53,516 nt of DNA from Planctomycetia bacterium (GCA_021413585.1 JAIOQB010000356.1:1-53516); one strand, 5' to 3'; positions 1 to 10,033 are shown, numbered from the stretch's first letter. The notes: a model not told the origin generated them from the letters alone. Translations and numbers: made by a program.

Positions 1-833
1 ACGTCGGCCCCGCGCGAGCCGTCGCTGGCCACGACTTTGTCGATCTCGTCGACAAACACGATTCCCACGTTCTCAGCCAGCTCAATCGCCTGGGCGTTAA
101 CCTTTTCCTTGTTGATCAGGGCGTCGCACTCTTCTTCAAACAGCACCTGGCGGGCTTCGGCCACGGTCAATTCGCGGCGGACGGTGTTGCGGGGCATGAT
201 CTTTTCGAACATTCCTTGCAGATCGACGTCCATCTGCTCGCCGCCCAGGTTGGTGAGCATCATCGGCATCGCCCGCTGCTCGGACGAAATCTCCACCTTC
301 CGCTTTTCCATCTCTCCGGCCAGCAGCATGGCGCGGATTTTCTCGCGGGTCCGCTCATAACGTTCCTGCGTGTTCGGCCCGTCGGGCGAGGCGTCGAACG
401 TGGTCGGCGGCGGCGCCAGCAGGCCGATCAGTCGTTCGGTTACGCGAGAGCGGGCTTCCTCTTCGACGCCGGCCCGCTCGCGTTCGCGAACCAGGCCGAT
501 GGCGTTTTCGACCAGCTCGCGGATCATGCTCTCGACGTCGCGGCCGTAGTAACCCACCTCGGTGTACTTGGTCGCTTCGACCTTGATAAACGGCGCGCCG
601 GTCAGCCGCGCCAGCCGGCGGGCAATCTCCGTTTTGCCGACGCCCGTGGGGCCGATCATCAGAATATTTTTCGGCGCTACTTCCGTGCGCATCTCTTCCG
701 GAAGTTGCTGCCGCCGCCAGCGATTGCGGATGGCGATGGCCACCGCCCGCTTGGCGTCGTTCTGGCCGACGATGTAACGATTCAGCTCTTCGACCGTTTC
801 GCGCGGCGTGAGCGCTTTGGTTTCATCGCTCAA
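1..833 (-). CDS. hslU: ATP-dependent protease ATPase subunit HslU (C-terminal part lies outside the window)
   Basis: Manual translation from TTG at 833: SDETKALTPRETVEELNRYIVGQNDAKRAVAIAIRNRWRR...NILMIGPTGVGKTEIARRLA...FIKVEATKYTEVGY...GIVFVDEIDK (Walker A and B). The start overlaps the hslV stop. Confidence 0.95.
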   Translation of the reverse strand, partial: MSDETKALTPRETVEELNRYIVGQNDAKRAVAIAIRNRWRRQQLPEEMRTEVAPKNILMIGPTGVGKTEIARRLARLTGAPFIKVEATKYTEVGYYGRDVESMIRELVENAIGLVRERERAGVEEEARSRVTERLIGLLAPPPTTFDASPDGPNTQERYERTREKIRAMLLAGEMEKRKVEISSEQRAMPMMLTNLGGEQMDVDLQGMFEKIMPRNTVRRELTVAEARQVLFEEECDALINKEKVNAQAIELAENVGIVFVDEIDKVVASDGSRGAD

Positions 834-1375
834 GGCTTGGACTCCAACTCTTCCACCAGAATGTTTGTGTTCGTGTAAATGTCGATGTTCGCCGCGATGG
901 TCAGTGAGGCATGCACGATCTCGCGGGCGGAAAGCTTCGAATAGGCGATCAGCCCTTTGGCCGCGGCGACTGCGTAGCTGCCGCCGGAGCCGATGCCCAG
1001 CACGCCGTCGGTGGGCTGGATGACGTCGCCGACGCCAGTGACCAGCAGCGTGTGCTCGCCATCGACCACCGCCATCATCGCTTCGAGCCGCCGCAGGGCC
1101 CGGTCGGTGCGCCACTCCTTGGCCAACTCGGTGGCCGCCCGCGGCACGTTGCCGGGAAAATCCTTGAGCTTGGCCTCGAATCGCTCCATGAGAGCAAAGG
1201 CGTCCGCACTGCCGCCGGCGAACCCGACCAGTACCTTGCCGCCGAGGAGATGGCGGATCTTGGTCGCGTCCCCCTTCATGATCGTCGAGCCCAGCGTCAC
1301 CTGGCCGTCCCCCCCCATGGCCACTTTGCCCTGATGGCGGACGGTGAGGATCGTGGTGCTGCGAATCTTCTCCAT
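830..1375 (-). CDS. hslV: ATP-dependent protease peptidase subunit HslV
   Basis: MEKIRS-TTIL...GGDGQVTLG...GFAGGSADAF...LAKEWRTDRALRRLEAM...IGSGGSYA...IDIYTNTN; Ntn-hydrolase Thr after a short propeptide; adjacent to hslU. Confidence 0.95.
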   Translation of the reverse strand: MEKIRSTTILTVRHQGKVAMGGDGQVTLGSTIMKGDATKIRHLLGGKVLVGFAGGSADAFALMERFEAKLKDFPGNVPRAATELAKEWRTDRALRRLEAMMAVVDGEHTLLVTGVGDVIQPTDGVLGIGSGGSYAVAAAKGLIAYSKLSAREIVHASLTIAANIDIYTNTNILVEELESKP

Positions 1376-1502
1376 CGGGGCGCCTGTCTTGCGGTGTGTC
1401 AGGTGGGTGCGAACGCGAAGTGGGAAACTGGCATTTTCGCTCAGCAGGGACTGAAACGCCAGTGGCCATTCAACACAGTATTGAGTGAGTTGGCAGTATT
1501 TG

Positions 1503-1631
1503 CACTGTCGAAGCCAGTGGCACAGGAAAGGAGCAAGGCAGGGACGAGCGAACGATTGGGGCAATGCAGCAGAACCAACAACCTCGTCCCTGGTTTTCGC
1601 CTTTTTCCGTGTGCCACTGGCTTTGCCAGTG
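1503..1631. repeat. REP-like inverted pair (CACTGGCAAAGCCAGTGGCAC type)
   Basis: cactgtcgaagccagtggcaca (1503-1524) and tgtgccactggctttgccagtg (1610-1631) are inverted copies; a degenerate copy lies near 6009-6031. Confidence 0.7.
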
Positions 1632-1688
1632 CCCGTAAACGCTCGACCATCGTGCAAGGTTCACACTTGGCGCAGACCAGAAGCAACG

Positions 1689-3950
1689 ATGCAACCTATA
1701 ATTTCATGGCTTTCCCGATTCGGATTCAACTCCACCTGCCACCGGTCATTTCCCTTGTCACAAACAGCCATCCCATCCGCCGCAAAAACCTCGCACCAGC
1801 GTGTGGAGCTGTTTTCCATCCCCGCGATGGACTGCGCCGAAGAGCTGGCGATGATCGAGAAGGGTCTGGCCCGGCATCCCGGCATTGCAACACTCGACCC
1901 GCTGTACATCGATCGCCAATTGCGAGTCCGCTACGACGCCACGCAAACCGATTCGCTGCGCATCGCCGCGGCGATATCCGATCTTGGCTTTCCGGCGCAA
2001 GTCGTCACGCGAGCGGCGGCGACTAAACCGGATAATCCCCGCCGCACGGTCCGCTGGTGGACGACGCTCGGCGGCGGCGTGTTGTTGCTATTGGCAGGCG
2101 CCGCGTGGCTGGTGGGACGCTATCTTGCCGCGCGGCAACTAGCCGCGGCGGCTGGTGGATTGGATATCACGGCCGACGTCCTGTGCGTGCTTTCCGCAAT
2201 TGTCGCCGGCGCCCCGGTGGCCAAAGCCGGCTGGCGGGCGATTCGGCTCCGCACGGCCGACATGAATCTGCTGATGACGATCGCCGCGGTCGGAGCGCTG
2301 GCAATCGGTGATTTCTTCGAGGCGGCCACGGCGATGCTGCTGTTTGGCATTTCGCTGTTTCTGGAAAACTACAGCCTGGAGCGCACCCGACGCGTCGTGC
2401 GTGGTCTGGCTTCGCTGACGCCCAAGGTGGCGCATCGGCTCAGCGACGGCCAGCTCGTCGATGTCGATACGGAGACACTGCAGATTGGGGACACGCTGGT
2501 CGTCAAACCGGGCGAGCGGGTGCCGGTCGACGGCGAGGTGATCGAGGGAACTTCGAGCGTCAATGAAGCGCCCGTCTCCGGCGAAAGCATCCCAGTGGAA
2601 AAGCAGGCGGGCGCTAAACTGTTCGCCGGCTCGCTTAATGGCGAGGGGGCGCTGACCGTGAAGGCCGTGCATACCGCTCAGGATAGCACCGTGGCGCGGA
2701 TCGGCCAGTTGGTTCTCGACGCGCAGGCCTCGCGGGCGCCGACGGCCCGGTTCGTGGACGAGTTCGCCCGGCGTTACACCCCAACGGTAATCGCACTGGC
2801 GGCGGTGTTGGCCATCGGGCCGACGTTGTTGAGTTGGCTGGGGCTGAATTTCTTTCCTTCGGTCACGGCCAGCCAATGGTTGCATCGGGCGCTGGTCATC
2901 CTGGTGATCGCCTGTCCCTGCTCGCTTGTTATTTCCACGCCGGTGACGATCGTTTGTGGGTTGTACCAGGCGGCGCGACGAGGACTGTTGGTCAAAGGGG
3001 GCGAGCATCTCGAAAGTGCGGCGGCAATCGATTGCGTTGCCATCGACAAAACTGGCACGCTCACCACTGGGCGAGCGGAGGTCGTGCTAGTCGATCCCGC
3101 GCCCGGAGCGAGCGTCGAAGAGGTGTTGCGAGTTGCCAGCTCACTGGAGAGTCATAGCGAGCATCCACTGGCCGCGGCGGTCTTGCGCGCTGCCCGTTTG
3201 CAGGGCATTGAGCCGCAGCCCATCACCGATCTGGTCGCGCGGCGGGGCTTTGGCGTCGAGGGGATGCTCGATGGCCAGCGATCGTTCGCCGGCAGCCCAC
3301 GGATGTTCGCCACGCTACTGCCGGAGGTCAAAATCGCCATCGATCCAAATCACGCCGCCGCCACCGCTGTTTGCATTGGCAACGCCCAGCGGTATTTAGG
3401 CACGATCTACCTCTCCGACTCGCTCCGCAACGATGCCGCGGCCGCCGTGGCCGAATTGCGCCGCGGCGGCGTGAAGCGGATCATCGTGCTCAGCGGTGAT
3501 CGCCAGGCGGTGGCGGACGCCATCGGGCGGCAAGTCGGCGCCGACGCGGTCGAAGCGGAGCTGCTGCCGGAAGACAAGGTGCGGCACGTGCGCGAGCTGG
3601 CGCAGAAGTACCCAAATCTGGCGATGGTGGGCGACGGCGCGAACGACGCGCCCGCGCTGGCGATGGCCCGGCTGGGGATCGCCATGGGCAACGACTCCAG
3701 CGACCTGGCTGTGGAAACCGCCGACGTGGTGGTACTCTCGCCCCACTTGCAGCGCGTGGCGGAACTCTTGAGCCTGGGCCGCCGCACGAAGCGTCTGCTG
3801 TGGCAGAACATCGGCATCTCGTTTGCCATCAAGGCGCTGGTGCTGGTGTTGGCCGTGGCCGGGCCCATCACGATGTGGATGGCCGTGGCCGCGGACGTGG
3901 GGGCGACGTTGATTGTAATTTTTAATGGGATGAGGTTGGTGCGGCGGTGA
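1689..3950 (+). CDS. Heavy-metal-translocating P1B-type ATPase (ZntA/CadA-like, Zn/Cd/Pb); start could be TTG 1755
   Basis: N-terminal HMA-like MDCAEE, SGES, CPC in TM6, DKTGTLT, SEHPLA, MVGDGAND, Lys in TM7 and ADVG in TM8, typical of P1B-2. Confidence 0.92.
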   Translation: MQPIISWLSRFGFNSTCHRSFPLSQTAIPSAAKTSHQRVELFSIPAMDCAEELAMIEKGLARHPGIATLDPLYIDRQLRVRYDATQTDSLRIAAAISDLGFPAQVVTRAAATKPDNPRRTVRWWTTLGGGVLLLLAGAAWLVGRYLAARQLAAAAGGLDITADVLCVLSAIVAGAPVAKAGWRAIRLRTADMNLLMTIAAVGALAIGDFFEAATAMLLFGISLFLENYSLERTRRVVRGLASLTPKVAHRLSDGQLVDVDTETLQIGDTLVVKPGERVPVDGEVIEGTSSVNEAPVSGESIPVEKQAGAKLFAGSLNGEGALTVKAVHTAQDSTVARIGQLVLDAQASRAPTARFVDEFARRYTPTVIALAAVLAIGPTLLSWLGLNFFPSVTASQWLHRALVILVIACPCSLVISTPVTIVCGLYQAARRGLLVKGGEHLESAAAIDCVAIDKTGTLTTGRAEVVLVDPAPGASVEEVLRVASSLESHSEHPLAAAVLRAARLQGIEPQPITDLVARRGFGVEGMLDGQRSFAGSPRMFATLLPEVKIAIDPNHAAATAVCIGNAQRYLGTIYLSDSLRNDAAAAVAELRRGGVKRIIVLSGDRQAVADAIGRQVGADAVEAELLPEDKVRHVRELAQKYPNLAMVGDGANDAPALAMARLGIAMGNDSSDLAVETADVVVLSPHLQRVAELLSLGRRTKRLLWQNIGISFAIKALVLVLAVAGPITMWMAVAADVGATLIVIFNGMRLVRR

Positions 3951-3994
3951 ACCCCCGATAGTCTGCCGCGTACGAATCGACTATCTTGCTTGGT

Positions 3995-4615
3995 ATGGAC
4001 GAATCAGATTCATCACCCGCCGATTTCTCGCTCGATCTGCCCCTGCCGCGCAGCCCGCAATTAATGTCGGCCGCCGACACAGGGCTGCTTGTGGTCGACG
4101 TGCAAGAAAAACTGATCCCGCTGGTGCCAGGGCACGCGAAACTGGTCTGGAATATCGAGCGGTTGCTCTCCGCGGCGAAGTTGCTTGGCGTGCCGGCCGC
4201 GGCCACAGAGCAGTATCCGGCAGGGCTCGGGCCGTTGGTGTCGGCGCTGCGCCAGCGGCTTCAGGTCATTTCCGAGAAGCTGGCGTTCAGCTGCGGCGGC
4301 AGTGCGGAGGTGTTTGCACCCGCAGTGCTTGGCGGGCGGCCGAAGATTTTGGTGTGCGGCATTGAAACGCACGTTTGCATTCAGCAGACGGTGCTTGACC
4401 TGTTGGCGGCCGGGGTGGCAGTGTACATAGCGGTGGATGCGGTCGGCGCCCGCCATGCGATCGATCACGAGACGGCGTTGCGGCGGATGAACGCCTCGGG
4501 GGCGGTACTGACCACCACTGAGGCGGCGATGTTCGAGTGGTGCGCCGTGGCCGGCACGCCGCAGTTCCGCGAGCTGAGCAAGCTGATCCGCCAGCCGCCG
4601 CCGCTGGAGTCGTGA
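3995..4615 (+). CDS. Isochorismatase/cysteine-hydrolase family protein
   Basis: LLVVDVQEKL, TEQYP, KLAFSC and GIETHVCIQQT motifs. Confidence 0.88.
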   Translation: MDESDSSPADFSLDLPLPRSPQLMSAADTGLLVVDVQEKLIPLVPGHAKLVWNIERLLSAAKLLGVPAAATEQYPAGLGPLVSALRQRLQVISEKLAFSCGGSAEVFAPAVLGGRPKILVCGIETHVCIQQTVLDLLAAGVAVYIAVDAVGARHAIDHETALRRMNASGAVLTTTEAAMFEWCAVAGTPQFRELSKLIRQPPPLES

Positions 4616-4632
4616 TTGCCGGGTGCCATTCG

Positions 4633-4750
4633 ACGCAAAGGCGCAAAGACGCAAAGGACGCGCAAAGAAAACGTCCGGTATCCACATGTCCCTCAATACA
4701 ACCTTCCTTTTCTCTTCTTTGCGCGTCTTGGCGTCTATGCGCCTTTGCGT
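4633..4750. repeat. Intergenic inverted repeat built from CGCAAAG units
   Basis: acgcaaaggcgcaaagacgcaaaggacgcgcaaaga ... tctttgcgcgtcttggcgtctatgcgcctttgcgt. Confidence 0.75.
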
Positions 4751-4795
4751 CTGACTTAATGGTTGCACGACAATTCGACCGAGGACATTGAACCG

Positions 4796-5983
4796 ATGCC
4801 GGACCTCCCCCCGCCGCTGGATACTCCGCTCCGCACGCTGCTCGGCCCGGGTCCCAGCGATACCCATCCCCGCGTGCTGGCCGCGTTGGCCCGGCCGACG
4901 ATTGGGCATTTGGATCCCGAGTATCTGCGGATCATGAACGAGTTGCAGCAGATGCTCCGCCGCGTGTTTCGCACGCAAAACCCGATGACGCTGGCGATCA
5001 GCGGCACGGGCTCGGCGGGCATGGAGGCGGCGGTGGTCAATCTGATCGAGCCGGGGGATTCGATGCTCGTCTGCGTCAACGGCGTCTTTGGTGGGCGAAT
5101 GGCGGACGTGGCCGGGCGCGCCGGTGCGAATGTCACCAAGATCGAATGTCCCTGGGGCGAAGTCTTTAGCGTGGACGACATCAAAGCCGCGTTGGAGACT
5201 TCGCGACCGAAAGTCGTCGGCATCGTAATGGCTGAAACGTCCACCGGCGCCTGGCAGCCGATCGAGGAGATCTCGCGCGTTGTGCACGAAGCGGGCGCAC
5301 TGTTGCTGGTGGACGTGGTCACGTCGCTGGGGGGCGTGCCGGTCGAAGTGGACGCCTGGAACATCGACGCGATCTACTCCGGCACGCAAAAATGCCTCGG
5401 CTGTCCGCCCGGGCTCGCGCCGGTTTCGTTCAGTGCCCGGGCGATGGAAGTGATCCTCAACCGCCGCACGAAGGTGCAAAGCTGGTACCTCGATATCTCG
5501 ATGCTCGCCAGCTACTGGGGAACCGAACGGGTTTACCACCACACGGCGCCGATCAACATGACCTATGCCCTGTACGAAGCGCTGCGCATCGTGCTGGAAG
5601 AAGGGCTCGACGCCTGTTTTGCCCGGCACCGGCAGAATCACCTGGCGCTGCGAGCCGGATTGGAGACGCTCGGGATCGGCATGGCGGCGCAGGAGGGGCA
5701 TCAACTGCCAATGCTCAACGCGGTTCACATTCCGCCGGGCATCGACGACCGCGCGATCCGCAAAGGCCTGCTCGATCGCTTCAACATCGAAATCGGCGGC
5801 GGGCTGGGAGCCTTCGCCGGCAAGGTGTGGCGGATCGGCCTGATGGGGCATTCGTCCCGCAGGGCCAACGTGTTGTTGCTGCTTTCGGCACTGGAGCAAT
5901 TGCTGCAAGAGGCGGGGCATGCGTTCGAGCCGGGGGTCAGCCTCGCAGCAGCGGGGAAGATTTATTCCGCGGCGGCAAAGTGA
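4796..5983 (+). CDS. Alanine-glyoxylate/serine-pyruvate aminotransferase (class V PLP enzyme)
   Basis: [41 protein letters not shown] (PLP lysine), YHHTAP, WRIGLMG. Confidence 0.92.
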   Translation: MPDLPPPLDTPLRTLLGPGPSDTHPRVLAALARPTIGHLDPEYLRIMNELQQMLRRVFRTQNPMTLAISGTGSAGMEAAVVNLIEPGDSMLVCVNGVFGGRMADVAGRAGANVTKIECPWGEVFSVDDIKAALETSRPKVVGIVMAETSTGAWQPIEEISRVVHEAGALLLVDVVTSLGGVPVEVDAWNIDAIYSGTQKCLGCPPGLAPVSFSARAMEVILNRRTKVQSWYLDISMLASYWGTERVYHHTAPINMTYALYEALRIVLEEGLDACFARHRQNHLALRAGLETLGIGMAAQEGHQLPMLNAVHIPPGIDDRAIRKGLLDRFNIEIGGGLGAFAGKVWRIGLMGHSSRRANVLLLLSALEQLLQEAGHAFEPGVSLAAAGKIYSAAAK

Positions 5984-6200
5984 TGTGCTGAGCGGGTCGG
6001 TGGTGCCGGCACTGGCAATGTCACTGGCACACGAAAGGAGCATGGCAGAGACGAGGTTACAGGTTGTGCCAAATTCCACCAATCAACAACAGATCACGGA
6101 CTACTGACCGCCGACATTATTTCGTGGCCAAGCGATCGGAAACAGTGGTTTCTGTTGAAGAAAGTCGTACAGGTCAATATTCCGTGGGCGAAGAGTCTGA

Positions 6201-6983
6201 ATGACAATGTCGTCGAACCAGCGAAGTTCCGCTGTTTATCCAAAGGGAAGGTTTACATTCCGATTATCTGGCATATTTGTCGCTACGTCTGTTATCGCTC
6301 TTTTTCTCGCTGTTTCCAACCAATGGAATGCAGGAGTCGGTATCCTCGCCGTATTGCTCACCCTTTCGGCAAGACGCCTATTTCAACGTAAAGCCCAAAC
6401 CACAAAAGCAATGACACGCTTGTGCATCTGTCTCGCAGTTATGGCCATTCTTGGCATCATCTTTAGTTGTGCTGGGTGGCCAATCGGGGTTTTCCAACTA
6501 GAGGGAGTTCTTTCCTACTATTGTGACGGCAAGCCCCTCGTTATCGACGACATTTGGGTTCACACTGTCATCGAGGGCAAACGCTCACGGTTCTGCATTC
6601 CTCCTATCGCGGCTGGTCGGTATGAAGGCCCTCCATTTAACGTCGGCCTCAAAGTGGTTGACTACGACAATCGACACGAATGCGAGTCAATGGAAATCAC
6701 ATCGCTCGTGCTGACGTGTGCAGGTCGCACGCATGTAATTGTGCAGAAGGGCAGTCATATTCAATCGTCATTCAGCACTTATGTTGACGGTGTTGCATCT
6801 GTCAAGTCCGATTGCCTAACCGACGTCGGCACATGGTTGTCAAAGAATAGTCAATCACCTGTCGAGATCGATGTAATCTTTGTCATTCACATGCGGCAAG
6901 GCACGATTAAAGGTACAACTCACGCGACCATGCGGCCGCAAGAAAGAAATGGCTGGAGTCTTGTAGCACCGCCAGATGCATGA
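6201..6983 (+). CDS. Hypothetical membrane protein, lower GC than flanks
   Basis: 260-aa ORF with 2-3 N-terminal hydrophobic segments; AT-richer sequence. Confidence 0.5.
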   Translation: MTMSSNQRSSAVYPKGRFTFRLSGIFVATSVIALFLAVSNQWNAGVGILAVLLTLSARRLFQRKAQTTKAMTRLCICLAVMAILGIIFSCAGWPIGVFQLEGVLSYYCDGKPLVIDDIWVHTVIEGKRSRFCIPPIAAGRYEGPPFNVGLKVVDYDNRHECESMEITSLVLTCAGRTHVIVQKGSHIQSSFSTYVDGVASVKSDCLTDVGTWLSKNSQSPVEIDVIFVIHMRQGTIKGTTHATMRPQERNGWSLVAPPDA

Positions 6984-7068
6984 GGACGATTTTTTCAGTC
7001 AGAAAGCCTCCCGAAACCGTCTTTGCTCCAGGCAGCACCCAAAAGGAGTGCGCCCTGTTAACCACCGG

Positions 7069-7974
7069 CTATTCTCCCCTCAGCAGCCCAATCAAACTAT
7101 CCCCCAACGGCAGCCCTGTCCGCTCTTGAAACCCCAAGAACATCGGGCTCGGGTTGGCCTCTAAATAGATGTACTGGCCATCGGGCGTTCGCTTGAGATC
7201 GATGCCGGTCCAGACGAGTTCCAGCGCGGCGGCGATTTGCAGACACTGTTCGGCCACATCATCCGGAAGCGGCACGGGCACGATCGGCGCCGCCTGATCG
7301 TCGCGAAAGTCGATCGCGTCGGTTTTGATCTCGCACGCCAACACGCGCTGGCCGACGACGAACACCCGAATGTCGGCCCCGACGATCTGCTGCTGAATTG
7401 TCACCGGAGCCAACGCCAGGTTGGCCAGGTTTTCGTCGGTCAGATGGCTGGCCGTAATCCGCTTCGTGTGGGCACCTCCCTGCACCGGCTTGAAGATGCA
7501 ATGCGAGTGAGCGGCGACAAACTCGCGCACTTGCTCGGGATCGTTTGTCAGCAGCGTGGCGGGCACGGCCATGCCCAAGGCGGCCACGCGGGCAAGCTGA
7601 ACCGGCTTGGTCTGGTGGAGTTGAAACGCCCGCCAGCCGTTGACCCAGCGGGCGGGCAAGTCGATCAGCCACGATTCCAGCAGGCTGCGGGCGTCGTTGG
7701 TGGCGATGTAGCTCTGCTCGGCTTCAGGCAGGTTTTCCGTCCGCACGCCGTGATAATTCCGCCAATAAACGGCGGTGATTTCCGCAAAATCAATCTGCCG
7801 GCCATCGAGCAGCCGAATGCTGCCCGAGCCCCGCACCGCCCCCAAAGTGAGCGTCGTGCGACCGGGGAAGTCGCGTGTGTCGAACAGTTCGGCGTCGGCC
7901 CCTTCCGCGCAAAGTCGGTCGAATACATACGCGGCATGCTGGTCGAGTTGATCGCCGAGGATTATGATTGTCAT
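7069..7974 (-). CDS. ATP-grasp ligase, RimK/MvdC-MvdD (graspetide synthetase)-like
   Basis: KPVQLARVAALGMAVPATLLTND, IFKPVQGG, IQQQIVGADIRVFVVG, DFR, TGIDLKRTPDGQYIYLEANPSPMF. Confidence 0.85.
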   Translation of the reverse strand: MTIIILGDQLDQHAAYVFDRLCAEGADAELFDTRDFPGRTTLTLGAVRGSGSIRLLDGRQIDFAEITAVYWRNYHGVRTENLPEAEQSYIATNDARSLLESWLIDLPARWVNGWRAFQLHQTKPVQLARVAALGMAVPATLLTNDPEQVREFVAAHSHCIFKPVQGGAHTKRITASHLTDENLANLALAPVTIQQQIVGADIRVFVVGQRVLACEIKTDAIDFRDDQAAPIVPVPLPDDVAEQCLQIAAALELVWTGIDLKRTPDGQYIYLEANPSPMFLGFQERTGLPLGDSLIGLLRGE

Positions 7975-8078
7975 TGCGGCGGCAGTATGACTTGCGAATA
8001 TTCTGCTGGCGAAGAGTCGTCCCGAGGGGTGTAGTCCGTCATTTGGAATCTTACGAGTCCAACGCCAGGAGCGTTACC

Positions 8079-9038
8079 ATGCGACATCCCTTCGACGGCA
8101 TTATCATACCGGAAGAACGTGCGGCAGAAGACACTGGGTTGCCCAGCCCACTCCGCAGGGGCTTCCTGGCACTCAGCGGGATCCCCCGCCGGACGATGCT
8201 CGGCTGGTTCGGCGCGGTGGTCGCGGCCCCGTGGCTGATCGGCGGCCGGTTGTTCGCCGCGCCGAAGAAGGACGAAAAAGACTCCGACAACGCCGCCGCC
8301 ACCTCCACGCGGGCACTCTACTACATCATTCCCAAGGACAAGAAGAAGCTTCCTGCGGCGACGCAGAAAAAGCTGGAGCTGGACGGCGGCTACGTCACCG
8401 GCTGGGCCGCTCGCCAGCAATATGAAAAGACGCCCGGCTATTGGGCCTGGATCGACGACGCCACGGCCGACAAAGCCCGCCAGGACGGCGACGTTGAGAC
8501 GGTCGAAAAAATGACCGCCGCCGACATCAAGATCACCGGCCAGCCGCGTCCGCAGGGGCCGCAGCAGATGATGATCGAGTTGGCCCCCAACAGTTGGCGC
8601 ACCAAACCCAAGCACGGCACGTTCCAATCCGCCAACGACGTGGCCCGGCAGTGGGCAAAAGATTTCGCCAAGGAGAACTTCCAGTTCCGACCGACGGGCA
8701 ATGCCTCGATCCTGGTGGTGATGCCGCTGCCCACGACGGACGCCGTGATCGACCGGCTCAAGGAGAATCCGCAAGTCGTGGCGTTGCATTGGGCCGGCGC
8801 CGATTGGAAAACCTCCACTCAAGCACTGGGCGAAGAAGGGGGCGCCGTTACCAACCGTGCTGGCGAGCAGGGGGGCGGGGCGTCTACCCGCCGCGTGGGA
8901 GAAGAAGGGGGCCAACCCAGCACGCGGGCGGCGGGTGAAGAAGGAGGAGCCACCACGTACGCGTTGGGCGAAGAAGGTGCCGGCCGAGTTTCCACCAACG
9001 CCATCGGCGAAGAAGGTGGCGCAGGCGCGGGGCAGTAG
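8079..9038 (+). CDS. Tat-exported protein with six C-terminal (S/T/V)TxxxGE(E/Q)G repeats; putative substrate of the adjacent ATP-grasp ligase
   Basis: MRHPFDGII leader, twin-Arg motifs LRRGFL and PRRTML followed by a hydrophobic stretch, tail STQALGEE/VTNRAGEQ/STRRVGEE/STRAAGEE/TTYALGEE/STNAIGEE. Confidence 0.8.
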   Translation: MRHPFDGIIIPEERAAEDTGLPSPLRRGFLALSGIPRRTMLGWFGAVVAAPWLIGGRLFAAPKKDEKDSDNAAATSTRALYYIIPKDKKKLPAATQKKLELDGGYVTGWAARQQYEKTPGYWAWIDDATADKARQDGDVETVEKMTAADIKITGQPRPQGPQQMMIELAPNSWRTKPKHGTFQSANDVARQWAKDFAKENFQFRPTGNASILVVMPLPTTDAVIDRLKENPQVVALHWAGADWKTSTQALGEEGGAVTNRAGEQGGGASTRRVGEEGGQPSTRAAGEEGGATTYALGEEGAGRVSTNAIGEEGGAGAGQ

Positions 9039-9233
9039 CCTGAGCGTAAAGGCCGATGGCGAATCCGAATCAACATTTGTTGATTTGTAGATTCTGCAAA
9101 GGACGTGCAATATGGTGAAGATTTAACGGCAAGTGCTTTTGCTGTTCCGGGACATCCATTCGCGACGTAACTCTCGCATCGCGGTGCATTTACGTGTCGC
9201 CAAACGTACCTAGCGCATCCGCGGCAACTCTTC

Positions 9234-9249
9234 TGGCACGCAAATCGCT
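9234..9249 (+). promoter_or_regulatory. Possible sigma54 -24/-12 promoter
   Basis: TGGCACGCAAATCGCT has GG-N10-GC spacing and lies upstream of the ORF at 9354. Confidence 0.4.
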
Positions 9250-9353
9250 TTTGCGGCACCTCGACGGACGAACGTACTGCCGAGGCGAACGATCGGCGGA
9301 CGCTGATTGATCTCCCCTCACGGAAGGGAATCCCTGGAGGAGTTGTCCACGCT

Positions 9354-9632
9354 ATGGTATTTCACGAGCCGAGTTGGGTTTTTCACGCAGTCGCCACGGT
9401 GCAAATTGTCGGACTCGCGTCCGCCTGGTTGGCCAGAGCCAGCCAAGGTTCAGCCAGCCATGCGCTGTGCCAGGGATTGTTCTTCTTCGCCTTGGCCATC
9501 GTCTCCGCCACGGCGATCGCCTCGACGCTGTTTCCCTCCGGCGTCTGGTTGATGTCGGGCGTCACGCTCAGCGTGATGATCGTCGGCACGACGTGCGATT
9601 TTCAGCGCCGCGAGAGCAGGGTGATTACGTAG
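9354..9632 (+). CDS. Small hypothetical membrane protein (3 TM)
   Basis: GGAGGAG SD upstream; hydrophobic 92-aa ORF. Confidence 0.65.
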   Translation: MVFHEPSWVFHAVATVQIVGLASAWLARASQGSASHALCQGLFFFALAIVSATAIASTLFPSGVWLMSGVTLSVMIVGTTCDFQRRESRVIT

Positions 9633-9636
9633 GCAA

Positions 9637-9734
9637 GTAGGTCTCGCCTGCCGGGCGTGACCTGCACCCGCCCGCCAAGTCGCACCGCACGCCAAGTCAC
9701 GCTCACTAGGTACCGCCCTGTAGGCGAAACCTAC
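9637..9734. repeat. GTAG-type REP doublet
   Basis: gtaggtctcgcctgccgggcgtgacct ... aggtaccgccctgtaggcgaaacctac; same family at 18653-18680 and 34362-34445. Confidence 0.8.
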
Positions 9735-10033
9735 TACTATCTCTGCTTGCGCCAGCATCCTGCCCGCCATCTCTCGGCCTCGGGTTTCCCGGAACGACCG
9801 GCAAATTCAAAAAAAAGCTCCCCTTCGGCACAATCGTTAGCCGAAACCTATTGTCAGCGATATCACTTCAAACAGAAGTGAAGCGCGCAGGAACCGCTCG
9901 CCGCATGCCGCCGCCTTCGCCGCGGTGCGTGGCTGGGCGTTTTTGCCGCGCTTTGCCGAAACGATCACACGCTGGCCAATCACACGCTGATATTAGGTCC
10001 GCATTGCCGCGGCCAACTGAACTGGAGGAAATC

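Noticed and set aside
1485-1688. N-terminal extensions of the ATPase and of hslV (to 1657) in the ORF track
   Set aside because: They run through the intergenic REP pair; downstream starts fit the families better.
4061-6082. 673-aa minus-strand ORF and similar long antisense ORFs (22970-24169, 39967-41139, 48380-49912)
   Set aside because: Shadow ORFs opposite well-supported genes in high-GC DNA.
8811-9035. Repeat-spacer pattern as a CRISPR array
   Set aside because: The repeats are degenerate, in-frame and protein-level; no cas genes and no identical 25-40-bp repeats.
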